Below are positions 9,599-18,321 of a DNA stretch of 64,000 nt, in pieces. The position numbers were made by a program, and so were the translations under genes. The stretch comes from Dehalococcoidia bacterium (GTDB taxonomy: Bacteria; Chloroflexota; Dehalococcoidia; UBA2979), in contig OZ244720.1 of NCBI GenBank assembly GCA_965219085.1, positions 1,248,001 to 1,312,000 of the forward strand. Reading direction: 5' to 3'. Numbering within the stretch: the first letter of the stretch is position 1; every line of letters starts with the position of its first letter. The notes under the pieces were generated by a model. It was not told the DNA's origin. It saw only the letters and a program-made list of their open reading frames with translations, and did not search any database.

Positions 9599-9749
9599 CA
9601 GGCTGCTGAAAAAGTCTTCCCGGGCGGTCTCGGCCCTGAATCGGCTGATTGCGGCTCACGCGAAACCCTTCGTTTTCAAGGGGTTCTTGTAGCTCCGCAG
9701 CGCTCCAAGCGCTCCGTTTCCGCGCCTTCAGGGGTTTTTCAGCACCCTG
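9599..9749. mobile_element. 151-bp MITE with IS5/IS1182-like ends
   Basis: TIRs CAGGCTGCTGAAAAA and (rc) CAGGGTGCTGAAAAA; CTAG TSD at 9595-9598 and 11344-11347; no transposase. Confidence 0.85.
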
Positions 9750-9837
9750 CTGAGGCTGTCGCACAAACCCCCGAGCGAGGTGGCATCGCGGTAGGATGAG
9801 CATGGCGGCGGGGGCGGAGTGATTCCGGGGTGCCGCC

Positions 9838-11220
9838 GTGACCCAGCGCTTCCTGCCGTGCGACCGTGACCAGCAATACCTGATGCCCGCCAGCCTGCGC
9901 GACTGGCTGCCCGAGGACCACCTCGCGTGGTTCGTGCTCGATGCGGTGAGCCAGCTCGACCTCAGCGCGTTCTACGCGCGCTACCGCGAGGACGGCTGGG
10001 GGCGGAAAGCGTACGAGCCGTCGATGATGGTCGCGCTGCTGCTCTATGCCTACTGCGAGGGCGAGCGCTCGAGCCGCCGGATCGAACGGCGTTGCCGCGA
10101 GGACATCGCCTTCCGCGTGCTGAGCGCGAACCAGCAGCCCGACCACGCCACGATCTGCCGCTTCCGCCGGCAGCACGAGGAGGCGCTCTCGGGCCTGTTC
10201 GCCGGGGTGCTCAGGCTCTGCGCCGAGGCGGGTCTGTTGCGGGTCGGCGTGGTCGCGCTCGACGGGACCAAGCTGCGCGCCAACGCCAGCCGTGAGCGCA
10301 ACCGCACGGATGCGGAGCTCGAGGCCGAGGTGCGGCGCATCCTCGCCGAGGCGGAGCGGGTCGACGCCGGGGAGAATGCGCGCTGCGGCGACGCGCGGGG
10401 CGACGAACTGCCCCCGCAGCTCAGGAACCGCGAGGAGCGCCTGCAGCGGCTGCGCGAGGCGCGGGAGCGGCTGGCGGCTCGTGAGCGGGAGCGGCAGGAG
10501 GACTACGAGGAACGCCTCAGGAGCCGCGCGCAGAAGGACCGGCGCGGGCGCCGCCCGCAGCCGCCGCAGCGCGACCCGGGCGCGAAGGTGAACGTCACTG
10601 ACCCGGACAGCCGCGTGGTGCGTGACTATCACGGCTACTTCCAGGGCTACAACGTGCAGGCGGTGACGACTCGCGACCAGATCATCGTCGCGGCCGAGCT
10701 GACACGTGCGGCGACGGACATGCACGAGCTGCAACCGATGATCGAGGCGGCGAACCGCAACCTGCAGACCCTGGGCCGAGCGCCGGCGCGCGTGCTGCTG
10801 GCCGATGCCGGCTACTACTCCGAGGCGAACGTGCGGCAGGCCGAAGGCAGGGGTCCGGAGTTGCTGCTCGCGACCCGCAGCGACCGCAACCGGCGTGGCG
10901 GCGCAGCGCCGCCGCGCGGGCGCATCCCTGCCGGGCTCTCCGTACGTGAACGGATGGACCGGAAACTGGCGACGCAGCGTGGCCGGCGTCTCTACGAGCA
11001 GCGGCGCTGGATGATCGAACCCGTCTTCGGCGACATCAAGGAGAACCGGGGCATCCGCCGGTTCATGCGGCGCGGGATCGCCGCGTGCGCCAGCGAATGG
11101 AAGCTGATCGCCGCCACCCACAACCTCAAGAAGCTCTATCGCCGGGCGCGCCCGTCACCCCGGCCGGCGAACAGCAACCCCCGACGAGGAGACCGGGCTA
11201 CCGCCGCCGCTGCCGCGTAG
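9838..11220 (+). CDS. IS1182-family transposase
   Basis: LPEDHLA, SSRRIE, PDHATICRFR, DGTK, LADAGY, IEPVFG. Confidence 0.92.
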   Translation: MTQRFLPCDRDQQYLMPASLRDWLPEDHLAWFVLDAVSQLDLSAFYARYREDGWGRKAYEPSMMVALLLYAYCEGERSSRRIERRCREDIAFRVLSANQQPDHATICRFRRQHEEALSGLFAGVLRLCAEAGLLRVGVVALDGTKLRANASRERNRTDAELEAEVRRILAEAERVDAGENARCGDARGDELPPQLRNREERLQRLREARERLAARERERQEDYEERLRSRAQKDRRGRRPQPPQRDPGAKVNVTDPDSRVVRDYHGYFQGYNVQAVTTRDQIIVAAELTRAATDMHELQPMIEAANRNLQTLGRAPARVLLADAGYYSEANVRQAEGRGPELLLATRSDRNRRGGAAPPRGRIPAGLSVRERMDRKLATQRGRRLYEQRRWMIEPVFGDIKENRGIRRFMRRGIAACASEWKLIAATHNLKKLYRRARPSPRPANSNPRRGDRATAAAAA

Positions 11221-11252
11221 CGCGCCTGCCCCGCCAGACACGACCGCTCCGC

Positions 11253-11294
11253 GCCAACTGCCAACTGCCAACTGCCAACTGCCGACTGCCGACC
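11253..11294. repeat. Heptamer tandem repeat (GCCAACT)x4 plus 2 degenerate units
   Basis: Read directly; lies inside the IS1182 3' non-coding end. Confidence 0.9.
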
Positions 11295-11930
11295 GGCTAC
11301 CCTTTTGGCACTCCACCCACGCGACTCCGTGCAACAGCCTCTGCTAGTACGCCAAGCACAGTCCCGTTGCAGGGAACTGACAGTCATTGTGCCCGACCAA
11401 GCAAAGAGCGCGGGGACACTGTTGGTGCTTGGGGCGCACAGAATCCTCATGGGGCCGACAAGTGATCTCGGCCCCGTCGATCCGCAATTCCCTAGCCCGA
11501 ATCCACCGATCGAAGCTTGACGGGGCGGGCTGCCGGGCTGGCGGAGAGTTCGGCGGGTGTGCCGTGGTGCGCCAGGCGGTGCCGGGGGCGGGCCGGAGCG
11601 AGGAGCCGGCGCTCAGCGCGGCTCGGGGGCGCTGAGAGCGCGGGCGCGAGGGTGCGCGAGGCGTGCGCGGGCATGCTGGCGCGAGCCTCGGACCCGGGCC
11701 GGCGCTGTGAGCGGGCGTCAGGCCGGGAGCGGAAGCGCCCGTAACCGCGCCAGGGCGGCTGCCCACTGCCCGGCCCAGGGCCAGCGCCTGGGGAGGTGCA
11801 GGGTCCAGCGCCGGGCAGAGATGGCATGAGGGCCGGCCTCCTCCTCAAGGGGGATACTCGCCCCCTGAAACAGCGGCCTCGATGGGCCAAGAGCGGCTCG
11901 GAAGAGCCTTGACGAGGTAGGAGACCGGCC

Positions 11931-13019
11931 ATGCAGCAGCATATCGCAACGACGCGGAGCATTGAAGGCAAGGATGGGCCCGCCATCACCGTCGGCCTCG
12001 ACGTGGGCGATCGTTACACGCACGTCCACGCCCTCGGCGCCGGCGGGGAGGTGATACGCGAGCGGCGCGTCCGCACCGCGGCTGCGGCGCTGGGCGCAGC
12101 GCTGACCGGCCTCTCCCCGGCGCGGGTCGTGCTCGAGGCGGGGCCGCGCTCGCCGTGGCTGAGCCGCGTCGTGGCGGACCTCGGCCATGAGGTGGTCGTC
12201 GCCAACCCTCGCCAGGTCGCGCTGATCGCCGGCAGCCAGCGCAAGACCGACCGGCTCGACGCCGCGTGGCTGGCGCGGCTGGGGCGCTTCGACCCGGAGT
12301 TGCTCGCCCCGATCCGCCACAGGAGCGAGCAGAGTCAGCACGACCTCGCCGTGGTGCGCGCCCGCGACGCGCTGGTGCGATCGAGGACGCTGCTCATCAA
12401 CCACGTGCGCGGGGCCGTCAAGGCCTGCGGCGCCGCGCTGCCGTCGTGCACGGCCGCGGCCTTTCACCGCAAGACGGCGGACCACATCCCCGACGGGCTG
12501 CGCCCGGCGCTGCTGCCGCTGGTGGAGGCGATTGGCGAGCTGACCGTGCGCACTGCGGCGGCCGGGCGGGAGGTCGAGGCGTTGTGCGAGGCCCACCCCG
12601 AGACCGCGGCGCTGCGCCAGGTCACCGGCGTGGGGCCGATCACCGCGCTCACGTTCGTGCTGACGATCGAGAACCCGGGGCGCTTCCCGCAGAACCGGGA
12701 GGTGGGGGCCTACCTCGGGCTCGTGCCGCGGCAGCGCGACTCAGGGGAGCGCGCGCCGCAGCTCGGCATCGGCAAGAGCGGCGACGCGGGCTTGCGGCGG
12801 CTGCTGGTGCAGGCCGCGCACTACATCCTCGGTCCCTTCGGACCCGATAGCGACCTGCGTCGCTGGGGTGAGCGCTACGCGGGAACAGGGGCGGGCAACG
12901 CGAAGAAGCGCGCGGTCGTGGCCGTCGCGAGGCGGTTGGCGGTGCTGCTGCTCGCGCTGTGGAAGAGCGGGGAGGTCTACGAGCCGCTGCGTCACGCCGT
13001 GGCCCGCGAGGCCGCGTAG
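11931..13019 (+). CDS. IS110-family DEDD recombinase/transposase
   Basis: GLDVG, LEAG, KTDRLDA, GVGPITA, GLVP..RDSG, AVVAVARRL. Confidence 0.93.
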   Translation: MQQHIATTRSIEGKDGPAITVGLDVGDRYTHVHALGAGGEVIRERRVRTAAAALGAALTGLSPARVVLEAGPRSPWLSRVVADLGHEVVVANPRQVALIAGSQRKTDRLDAAWLARLGRFDPELLAPIRHRSEQSQHDLAVVRARDALVRSRTLLINHVRGAVKACGAALPSCTAAAFHRKTADHIPDGLRPALLPLVEAIGELTVRTAAAGREVEALCEAHPETAALRQVTGVGPITALTFVLTIENPGRFPQNREVGAYLGLVPRQRDSGERAPQLGIGKSGDAGLRRLLVQAAHYILGPFGPDSDLRRWGERYAGTGAGNAKKRAVVAVARRLAVLLLALWKSGEVYEPLRHAVAREAA

Positions 13020-13274
13020 CCGGGAGGCGCCGCCTCAGCCGGCGGGGACCGGAGATCAGGAAGGAAGACCCGAGCGCGAACGAAGCCACGCACGTGATGC
13101 CGAGCACGGGCGACTGCGAGCACCCACTTGTCCCATCGAGGACGCGGCAGAGATAGCAGCGCCCCCTGGAAGCAGGATGTGCCTTCATGCACCGGGCTCG
13201 CTGTAGCCCACCGAGAGTGCGGATAGAAGCTTGGCACAGGCTCCGCGACCGGACATCACGAGCGGCTTGAATGG
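13020..13274 (+). ncRNA. Putative bridge/seek RNA
   Basis: Hairpin 13108-13164 with an internal loop carrying CACCCACT and GGCAGAG, matching the insertion target; second stem-loop contains ATAGAAG, matching the element end; boundaries approximate. Confidence 0.75.
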
Positions 13275-13392
13275 AGCGCCATACCCGGAGAAGGCCGCCA
13301 CGTCGGCCTTGCGGAAAGACCGTCCCTCATAGAAGCGCCATACCCGGAGAAGGCCGCCACGTCGGCCTTGCGGAAAGACCGTCCCTCATAGA
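13275..13392. repeat. Perfect 59-bp tandem duplication of the IS1111-group right end
   Basis: 13275-13333 equals 13334-13392; each unit begins with AG. Confidence 0.92.
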
Positions 13393-15304
13393 AGTGGGTG
13401 AGCCGTCCGGCGAGGGCGAAATAGCGCCACCTGAGCGTCCTGGTCGTGACGATTCCCTCGCCGAGCCCGAGCCGTGCCGTCCAGCGGGCGAGGTTGTGCG
13501 CGATCACCTGCACCGCGAGCCATGCCGCGTTCGCGGCGAAGCGGCCCGAGGGGAGATGGTTGAGCCCGACGCCGTACTTGAGGTCGCGGATCGCGTTCTC
13601 GATCTCGGCGTGACGGCGATGGTCAGCCTCCAGCTCCATCATCTCCCCGGCGCGGTCGGTGATGAAGGCGTGGTAGCTGTACGTCGCGAAGAGCGCCAGC
13701 TGTGAGCCGGGCGTCGGCTGGACGCGCCGCGCGATGAGCCGAACCGCGCTGGCGTCCTTCGCGTGCCGGAACGGCGTGTAGGTCGTCTCGGCGACAGCGG
13801 CGCCGCCCGGCAGCCAGTACGGGATCGGCGTCCAGTCCTCCTCAGGTATCGCCTCGAGCAGCGTGCGTACGTTCGGCTGCTGGCGGATCGTGATTGAGAA
13901 GCGGACATCCAGCGCGCGGCAGGCGGCGACGACGGCGTGGTTGTAGAAGCCGCTGTCGGCGCGCATCGTGAGCTGCCCGCTCGCTCCGGCGTCGCGTACC
14001 CGCGCCACCGTCTCACGCAGGAAGTGTGCGGCCCCCCGTGCGGTGTTGGCGCGGCCCTCGCGCAGCCGCGCCATCAGCACGTCACCCGTCCCGGCCGCGA
14101 CCGCGAGCAGCGGGTGATAGCCGCGCACGCCCGTGTAGCCGTGGTGCCGGGCGCCCTCCTTGGCCAGGCCGTAGGTCTCACAGATCGTCGAGTCGAGGTC
14201 GATCGTGAACGGCGCCGCGCCGGGTCCCGCCCCGGCCGCCCATGCGCGGGCGAGCAATGCGCGGCTGACGCGGTCGAGCTGGCGGACGTGGCCCCAGCGG
14301 AAGCTGCGCAGGAAGGTTCCGAGGGTGGACGGCGCCTTGACCGTGCAACCCAGCACGCTCGCCGTCCCGCCGGCGCGCAAGGCAGCGGCGTCGTCGATGC
14401 AGTCGCCGCCCGCGAGCGCCGAGGCGACCAGGGTCAGCAGCTTGTCGCCGGCGTTCGCGCGCCCCGCTGCGTCACCGAGGTCGAGGTGGGCGTCCGCCAG
14501 TGCACGGAGGCCGAGCCGGCCAGCGAGCGTGGCGGGGAGCAGCAGGCCTGCGTGGTCCACGAGGCGGTCGTCGCCTGAGGCGATGTCTATCCGCTCGGGG
14601 TTACTCGCTGCTAGCATCGAATGGGTGCTCCTGTGGCTGTGACGTGAATTCTCAAAACCCATTGTCCCAGCTACAGCGGAGCACCCAACCGCAGCCCCTC
14701 GCGCGCTCTTCTTCGGTGGATCAGGGCTTAGCGCGGACGGATCACTAGCAGCGGGAAAGGCAATCATCGCGGCAGTCGAGGACGCGGAGAGACGGGTTCA
14801 AGCGAACCCGGAAACTTACGCGCTGCACGCCGCTCTGTTGAGCGACGTGACAGCCCTGATGGTGCAGCAGGCTCGCGATGAAATCGCCCGTAGCGGGGCT
14901 CAGGTGAGGGAGGCACTCGCGTCTCATCCTGAGCGCCCTATCGAGGACATTAACGGCCTTGCTCAGGTCCTGCACGCCCCGCTGATCGATGAGACATCCA
15001 GTCACCGGGCGACGATCTCGGCGCGAGATGCTATCGGCTTTGGGCTACCTGTTGAGGAAGTCGACCCGAGCGGTCCGCAGTGGCAAGCGATTTGGCGCAT
15101 CTGGACAAAGTACGTGGCTCTGGGCCCCGTGCGAGTCTACGAAGGACAAACCGCCTCGCAGCTCTTGCGGGCGCCCTTCGCGATCCAGTAGCGCTCCGTG
15201 ACCGGCAGCCCGTCACGTCCGCCGGCGCCGACGCCATCGCGCTACCGCCTCTACCCTGGCCCGCCCCAGCTACGAGTACATGGGCATCTGGTCACCGTTC
15301 CTCG

Positions 15305-15435
15305 CCGCGAGGCTCTCGGATGCCCTCGCGGGCATGACCGCCGACCGCTGGGCTCCCGGCACCCACATCACGGCACGCAGCATCTGGGGCGGTCGTGTGT
15401 TCGCGGCTTCGTGCTTCGTCGCCATCGAGGATCGC
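15305..15435 (+). pseudogene. 131-bp duplicate of the promoter and 5' end of the DUF402 gene (16279..16409)
   Basis: Near-identical direct repeat encoding MTADRWAPG..IEDR, then unrelated sequence. Confidence 0.85.
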
Positions 15436-15585
15436 AGGGTGGTCACGTTACCGGGAGGCTGCCGATTCGCCGACGAACAGTTAGCGGGGTGCCCAGATAG
15501 GGCCGAGCGCGTTCGAGATTCGGCTCCCGCAGGGTCGTCGTGCGAAGAGCCCTGACCGACACAGGAACTGTGGTACTGTGAACCA

Positions 15586-15849
15586 GTGAAGAACATCACC
15601 GTCTCCGTCGACGACGAGACCTACCGGCTGTCCCGGATCAGGGCCGCCGAGGCCGGGACGTCGGTCTCTGCCCTGGTGCGCTCCTACCTGCTGGAGCTCG
15701 TGCAGGGCCAGCCGAGCGAGACGCGCTTCGACCGCCTCAAGCGCCTGCAGGACGAGACCCTGGCGGCGATCTGGGCGCGAGGCGGCGGGCTGCGTGCCGA
15801 GGACCTGCTGACCCGCGACGAACTCCACGACCGCGATGCGCTTCGTTGA
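15586..15849 (+). CDS. RHH-type antitoxin
   Basis: MKNITVSVDDE..GTSVSALVR; overlaps the PIN gene. Confidence 0.8.
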   Translation: MKNITVSVDDETYRLSRIRAAEAGTSVSALVRSYLLELVQGQPSETRFDRLKRLQDETLAAIWARGGGLRAEDLLTRDELHDRDALR

Positions 15850-16261
15850 CACGAACGTCCTACTCTATGCACTCAGAGCCTCGCCCGGTGACGAACGCAA
15901 GCGCCAAATCGCGCTTGATCTGCTCACGCGGAGCGACCTCGTCCTCTCCGTACAGGTGCTGCAGGAGTTCTACGCGCAGGCCACGCGTCTCTCGTCGCCG
16001 GGCGCGTTGACCCATGACGAAGCTGCCGCCGCCATCGAGTCACTCACTCGCTTCCCGGTCCAGGCCATGACTCTGGACGTACTGCGCCTGGCGCTCGCGC
16101 TCCGCCGACGCTTCGGGCTATCGTACTGGGACGGTGCGATCCTCGCGGCGGCCCGCCTCACGGGCTGCGATCTCGTGTACTCCGAGGACTTCAGTCACGA
16201 ACAGGACTACGACGGGCTGCGCGTGAACAGCCCCTTCGCGGACGCAGTGCCGGGAGCATGA
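15836..16261 (+). CDS. vapC: PIN-domain toxin
   Basis: FVDTNVLLY, QVLQEF, SYWDG, SEDF. Confidence 0.88.
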   Translation: MRFVDTNVLLYALRASPGDERKRQIALDLLTRSDLVLSVQVLQEFYAQATRLSSPGALTHDEAAAAIESLTRFPVQAMTLDVLRLALALRRRFGLSYWDGAILAAARLTGCDLVYSEDFSHEQDYDGLRVNSPFADAVPGA

Positions 16262-16307
16262 CGGCCTTCGTACCCGGCCCGCGAGGCTCTCGGATACCCT
16301 CGCGGGC

Positions 16308-16934
16308 ATGACCGCCGACCGCTGGGCTCCCGGCGCGCACATCACCGCCCGCAGCATCTGGGGCGGCCGCGTGTTCGCGGCTTCGTGCTTCGTCGTCATC
16401 GAGGATCGCGGCGACGTGATCGTGGCCTGCACGCCGGCCGGCACCCGCTGGAAGCGCCCTACCGACCTCGACGGCAACGACATCCGCCTGCCGCACGGCG
16501 CATGGCGCCTGCGCGACGACGTCTGGCGCGGCCGCGGCATGGTGCGCGTGTGGATGCGGGATGTCGCCCACTCCGTGCTCATCTTCCTCGGCGATGGCGA
16601 CGTCGGCATCTGGTACGTGAACCTCGAGACGCCGTTCCGGCGGAACCCCATCGGCCTCGACCTGACCGACCAGCACCTCGACATCATCTTCCCGGCCGAC
16701 CTCGGCGAGCCGCGCTGGAAGGACGAGGACGAACTCGAGGAGGCCGTCGCCTTCGGCAGCATGACCGCGGAGGAAGCCGCGGCGGTTCGCGCCGAGGCCG
16801 AGCGCGCCATCGAGTGGATCCGCCGCGGCGACCACCCGGCCATCGACGACCGCTGGCGCACGTGGACGCCGCCCGCGGAGTGGGCCGTGCCCGTGCTCGC
16901 CCCCGGCTGGGACACGTTGGCACCCTCGATCTAG
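16308..16934 (+). CDS. DUF402 (FomD-like) protein 1
   Basis: WYVNLETP, DQHLDI, WKDEDE. Confidence 0.8.
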   Translation: MTADRWAPGAHITARSIWGGRVFAASCFVVIEDRGDVIVACTPAGTRWKRPTDLDGNDIRLPHGAWRLRDDVWRGRGMVRVWMRDVAHSVLIFLGDGDVGIWYVNLETPFRRNPIGLDLTDQHLDIIFPADLGEPRWKDEDELEEAVAFGSMTAEEAAAVRAEAERAIEWIRRGDHPAIDDRWRTWTPPAEWAVPVLAPGWDTLAPSI

Positions 16935-17014
16935 GCAGCCAGCCCCGCGAACCCGGCCAGCGAGCGGTCAGCCCGCGACGACCATAGACTGCGCCGCGAG
17001 GGGGAGTCCGAGCG

Positions 17015-17593
17015 ATGACCGAAGCGGCCGACGCGCCCGCCGACGCGCCTCTGGAGATGGAGTTCCGCCCCGTCACGCCCGAGCGCTGGCCCGACCTCGC
17101 ACGCCTCTTCGATGGGCGCGGCGGCCCCAGGCACTGCTGGTGCATGGTCTGGCGCCCCTGGCCGGCTGGCGTCGAGCGCAGCCGGGCGACCAAGCGCGCC
17201 GAGATGGAGCGCACCGTCCTCGGTGGCACGACCGTCGGCATCCTCGCGTACGTCGAGGGCGAGCCGGTCGCGTGGTGCTCGGTCGCGCCGCGCGAGACGT
17301 ACCGCAAGCTCGGCGGCGACGACTATCCGCCCGGCGCCAACGTGTGGGCGATCGCCTGCTTCTTCGCCCAGCGCCCGCAGCGCGGGCGCGGCATCACCGC
17401 GCGGCTGCTCGACGCCGCGTGCGCCGAGGCGGCGGCCGCCGGCGCCGACGTGATCGAGGGCTACCCCGTCGACCCCGACTCGCCGAGCTACCTCTTCATG
17501 GGCTACTGCTCGACGTTCCTCGCCGCGGGCTTCGAGGAGATCGGACGCGTCGGCACGCGACGCCACGTCATGCGGCGCTGGCTGCGCCCATGA
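17015..17593 (+). CDS. GNAT acetyltransferase 1
   Basis: CWCMVWR, WCSVAPR, RGRG, IEGYPVD. Confidence 0.85.
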   Translation: MTEAADAPADAPLEMEFRPVTPERWPDLARLFDGRGGPRHCWCMVWRPWPAGVERSRATKRAEMERTVLGGTTVGILAYVEGEPVAWCSVAPRETYRKLGGDDYPPGANVWAIACFFAQRPQRGRGITARLLDAACAEAAAAGADVIEGYPVDPDSPSYLFMGYCSTFLAAGFEEIGRVGTRRHVMRRWLRP

Positions 17594-18219
17594 CCACTGA
17601 GCTGTGGCGCCCGGGCGACCCCATCGTCGGCCGCAACATCTGGTACGGCCGCGTCTTCACCGCCTGGAACTTCGTCGTGGTCGAGGACCGCGGCGACATG
17701 CTCGCGGTCTGCACGCCGCCCGGCGCGGTCTGGAAGCGCCCGACCGACCTCGACGGTAACGACATTCGCCTGCCGCACGGCGAGTGGCGGCTGCGCCACG
17801 ACGTCTGGTTCGGCCGGGGCATCGTGCGCGTCTTCATCGAGGGCGCCGCGCACTCCGTGCTTGTCTTCCTCGACGACGGTGACGTGCGGCAGTGGTACGT
17901 GAACCTCGAGACGCCGTTCCGCCGCACCGCGATCGGCCTCGACACCTCCGATCAGCACCTCGACATCGTCTTCCCGCCCGACCTCGGCGAGCCGCGGTGG
18001 AAGGACGACGACGAGCTCGAGGAGGCTGTCACCTTCGGCAGCATGACCGCAGAGGAGGCCGAGGCGGTCCGCGCCGAGGCCGAACGCGCGATCGCGTGGA
18101 TCGGTCGCGGCGACCACCCGGCCATCGACGACCGCTGGCGCACGTGGACGCCGCCCGCCGAGTGGGGCATCCCCACCCTTGCGCCGAACTGGGAGACGCT
18201 CCCGCCTCAGACCTCGTAG
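17590..18219 (+). CDS. DUF402 (FomD-like) protein 2
   Basis: Paralog of 16308..16934; ATGA overlap with GNAT 1. Confidence 0.8.
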   Translation: MTTELWRPGDPIVGRNIWYGRVFTAWNFVVVEDRGDMLAVCTPPGAVWKRPTDLDGNDIRLPHGEWRLRHDVWFGRGIVRVFIEGAAHSVLVFLDDGDVRQWYVNLETPFRRTAIGLDTSDQHLDIVFPPDLGEPRWKDDDELEEAVTFGSMTAEEAEAVRAEAERAIAWIGRGDHPAIDDRWRTWTPPAEWGIPTLAPNWETLPPQTS

Positions 18220-18255
18220 ACGCCGAAGTCCTCCAGCAGTTCGACTCCATCGAGG
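18206..18255 (-). pseudogene. Remnant of the 3' end of the MBL-fold gene
   Basis: Encodes LDGVELLEDFGVYEV* versus LDGVELAEDFGVYEV* at 18915. Confidence 0.8.
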
Positions 18256-18321
18256 TCGCTGCTGCACCGGGCCAGGCTGCACGCGGTGGCCCCAAAACCC
18301 TGCCGCGAAGGAGTCGCTGCC

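Larger units (their letters stand above)
9752..11341 (+). mobile_element. IS1182-family element
   Basis: TIRs GAGGCTGTCGCAC and (rc) GAGGCTGTTGCAC; TGCT TSD at 9748-9751 and 11342-11345. Confidence 0.9.
11821..13394 (+). mobile_element. IS110-family (IS1111-group) element
   Basis: AG core at both junctions; sub-terminal IRs ATGAGGGCCGG and (rc) ATGAGGGACGG; long 3' non-coding region. Confidence 0.9.
11718..14617 (-). pseudogene. IS1380 transposase split into 14617..13395 and 11820..11718
   Basis: IDLDST, GYHPLLA, RADSGF, IENAIRDLK; ..GRLTH|SARRWTLHLP..ALPLPA rejoins to 441 aa. Confidence 0.88.
11496..14726 (-). mobile_element. IS1380-family element interrupted by an IS110-family element
   Basis: TIRs CCCGAATCCACCGA and (rc) CCCTGATCCACCGA; imperfect 5-bp TSD CCTAG/CTTAG. 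Confidence 0.88.
9334..15191 (+). pseudogene. SDH-family serine protease copy 2, split into 9334..9598, 11348..11495 and 14732..15191
   Basis: Fragments sum to 873 nt (290 aa), in frame and colinear with copy 1 (ETAIRL|VRQAQ; DPQFPS|ADGSLAAGK). Confidence 0.9.

Noticed and set aside
9739-11121. 460-aa antisense ORF in IS1182
   Set aside because: Codon-aligned mirror frame of the transposase with no motifs
13256-14767. Intact 503-aa IS1380 transposase
   Set aside because: The C-terminus after GRLTH reads into the IS110-family end; the true tail is at 11820..11718
15305-16409. DGR template/variable repeat pair
   Set aside because: Mismatches are not adenine-specific and no reverse transcriptase is present
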